In this document: positions 25,459 to 26,361 of the stretch, in pieces
Position numbering within the stretch: the first letter of the stretch is position 1
Layout of the letters: the number at the start of each line of letters is the position of its first letter
NCBI GenBank assembly: GCA_003446975.1
Contig: DMAP01000023.1
Location: forward strand, 1-26,361
Length of the DNA: 26,361 nucleotides
Direction of reading: 5' to 3'
Source of the DNA: Clostridiales bacterium
GTDB lineage: Bacteria > Bacillota > Clostridia > Tissierellales > Dethiosulfatibacteraceae
Position numbers and translations under genes: made by a program
The notes under the pieces: generated by a model
Told to the model about the DNA's origin: nothing
The model's database searches: none
The model's input: only the letters and a program-made list of their open reading frames with translations

Positions 25459-26361
25459 TCAATACACATGCCTCTTGGATAGCATAATGCCAATAATGAG
25501 ATATACCGTCCCCATAGCCACCAATACCAGAACCGATGTGATGTAATTAGTCACATTCAGTCCGTAGGCTGCCGTCTGGGATATGATCTGCATCGCCCAT
25601 TTGTGGGGCATGAAATTCGCCAGTGTCAACAGAATCCTTGACTGAATAATCTCCAGTGGCCACATGGTTCCTCCCAACATAGCTGTCGATATCAGTATGA
25701 TCGGTACAATTGCGCCAAGTTGCTCGATTGTTCTGGCCAATCCTGCTACAAGCAGGCCTATTGCGGTGAAGGTATAGACGAAAGCAGCGAAAACAATCAG
25801 CATCAACCCTATATCCATTCCCCAATTGATATCTAGGAAGTAATTTCCGATCAATACAATGATTCCCACCTGAATCATACCTACAATGAAGGTCACAATA
25901 AGAAGGCTACTCATTATGACAGTATTGCTGACAGGTGACACCAGCTTTCTCTGCCAGGTCTTCTGCTGCTTTTCTTTCAATATGTCCGAGCCGACAAACA
26001 CGATTGTAAAGGTTGAGAAAAATAGCGTAAAGCCTATCAGATAATGTATCATGGGATTATATGCCCAGTCCCTTTCCGCACTCAAGACCTGACTGTTGAG
26101 ACTGAAAGGATTTCTATATTTCCAGTAGTACGAGGATAGATTATAGGTTTCATCAAATAGATCGACTTCGTCAACATTAAAGCCTTTATCCGTGATTACT
26201 CTAACAGTGATGTCGGCTGTCTTGAACTTGGACATGAACTTAAAAACTGTTGTACGAATATCACTTTGCAGCTGAATCAGTTCTAGAGAATCCTTAGATC
26301 TGAGAACACTTAGATTGATTTTTTCACCATCCAGCAGCATATCTGTGAATCCCTGTGATAT
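25459..26361 (-). CDS. ABC-2 type transporter permease (5'-truncated by the window edge)
   Basis: ILKEKQQKTWQRKLVSPVS, five C-terminal TM helices, LGGTMWPLE, NFMPHKWA. The frame stays open from ATG 26340 to the end of the window. Confidence 0.9.
   Translation of the reverse strand: MSQGFTDMLLDGEKINLSVLRSKDSLELIQLQSDIRTTVFKFMSKFKTADITVRVITDKGFNVDEVDLFDETYNLSSYYWKYRNPFSLNSQVLSAERDWAYNPMIHYLIGFTLFFSTFTIVFVGSDILKEKQQKTWQRKLVSPVSNTVIMSSLLIVTFIVGMIQVGIIVLIGNYFLDINWGMDIGLMLIVFAAFVYTFTAIGLLVAGLARTIEQLGAIVPIILISTAMLGGTMWPLEIIQSRILLTLANFMPHKWAMQIISQTAAYGLNVTNYITSVLVLVAMGTVYLIIGIMLSKRHVY

Overview
AT-rich chromosomal segment that looks like a Firmicute anaerobe (clostridial-type amino-acid fermenter, inferred from gene content, SAM-I/glycine riboswitches and sigma-54 control). 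Contents in order: a membrane sensor PAS-GGDEF-HD gene interrupted by one in-frame TGA; an MFS transporter plus a membrane-anchored protein; the glycine-riboswitch-controlled gcvT-H-PA-PB operon; SAM-I-controlled metY-metA; a YtrA-type GntR/ABC-2 operon; a hut-like catabolic locus (hutU-hutH-hutI, a PAS/sigma-54 activator, cyclodeaminase and formiminotransferase) with two sigma-54 promoters and shared palindromic enhancer-like sites; a ~120-bp hairpin-rich insertion; a small membrane protein; a FabT-like MarR plus DegV pair; a shortened SAM-I-controlled aspartokinase; and a partial ABC permease. The best candidate for an undescribed system is the hut-like locus. All three upstream enzymes carry substitutions at normally invariant active-site positions (HAL His83->Asp and ASG->SSG; HutI metal-ligand Asp->Asn and catalytic Glu->Cys; a remodelled urocanase pocket). 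This suggests a folate-coupled anaerobic pathway for a modified histidine such as a methylhistidine rather than plain histidine. That substrate assignment is inference, and the reference motifs were recalled rather than aligned. No rRNA, tRNA, CRISPR array or transposase was seen.
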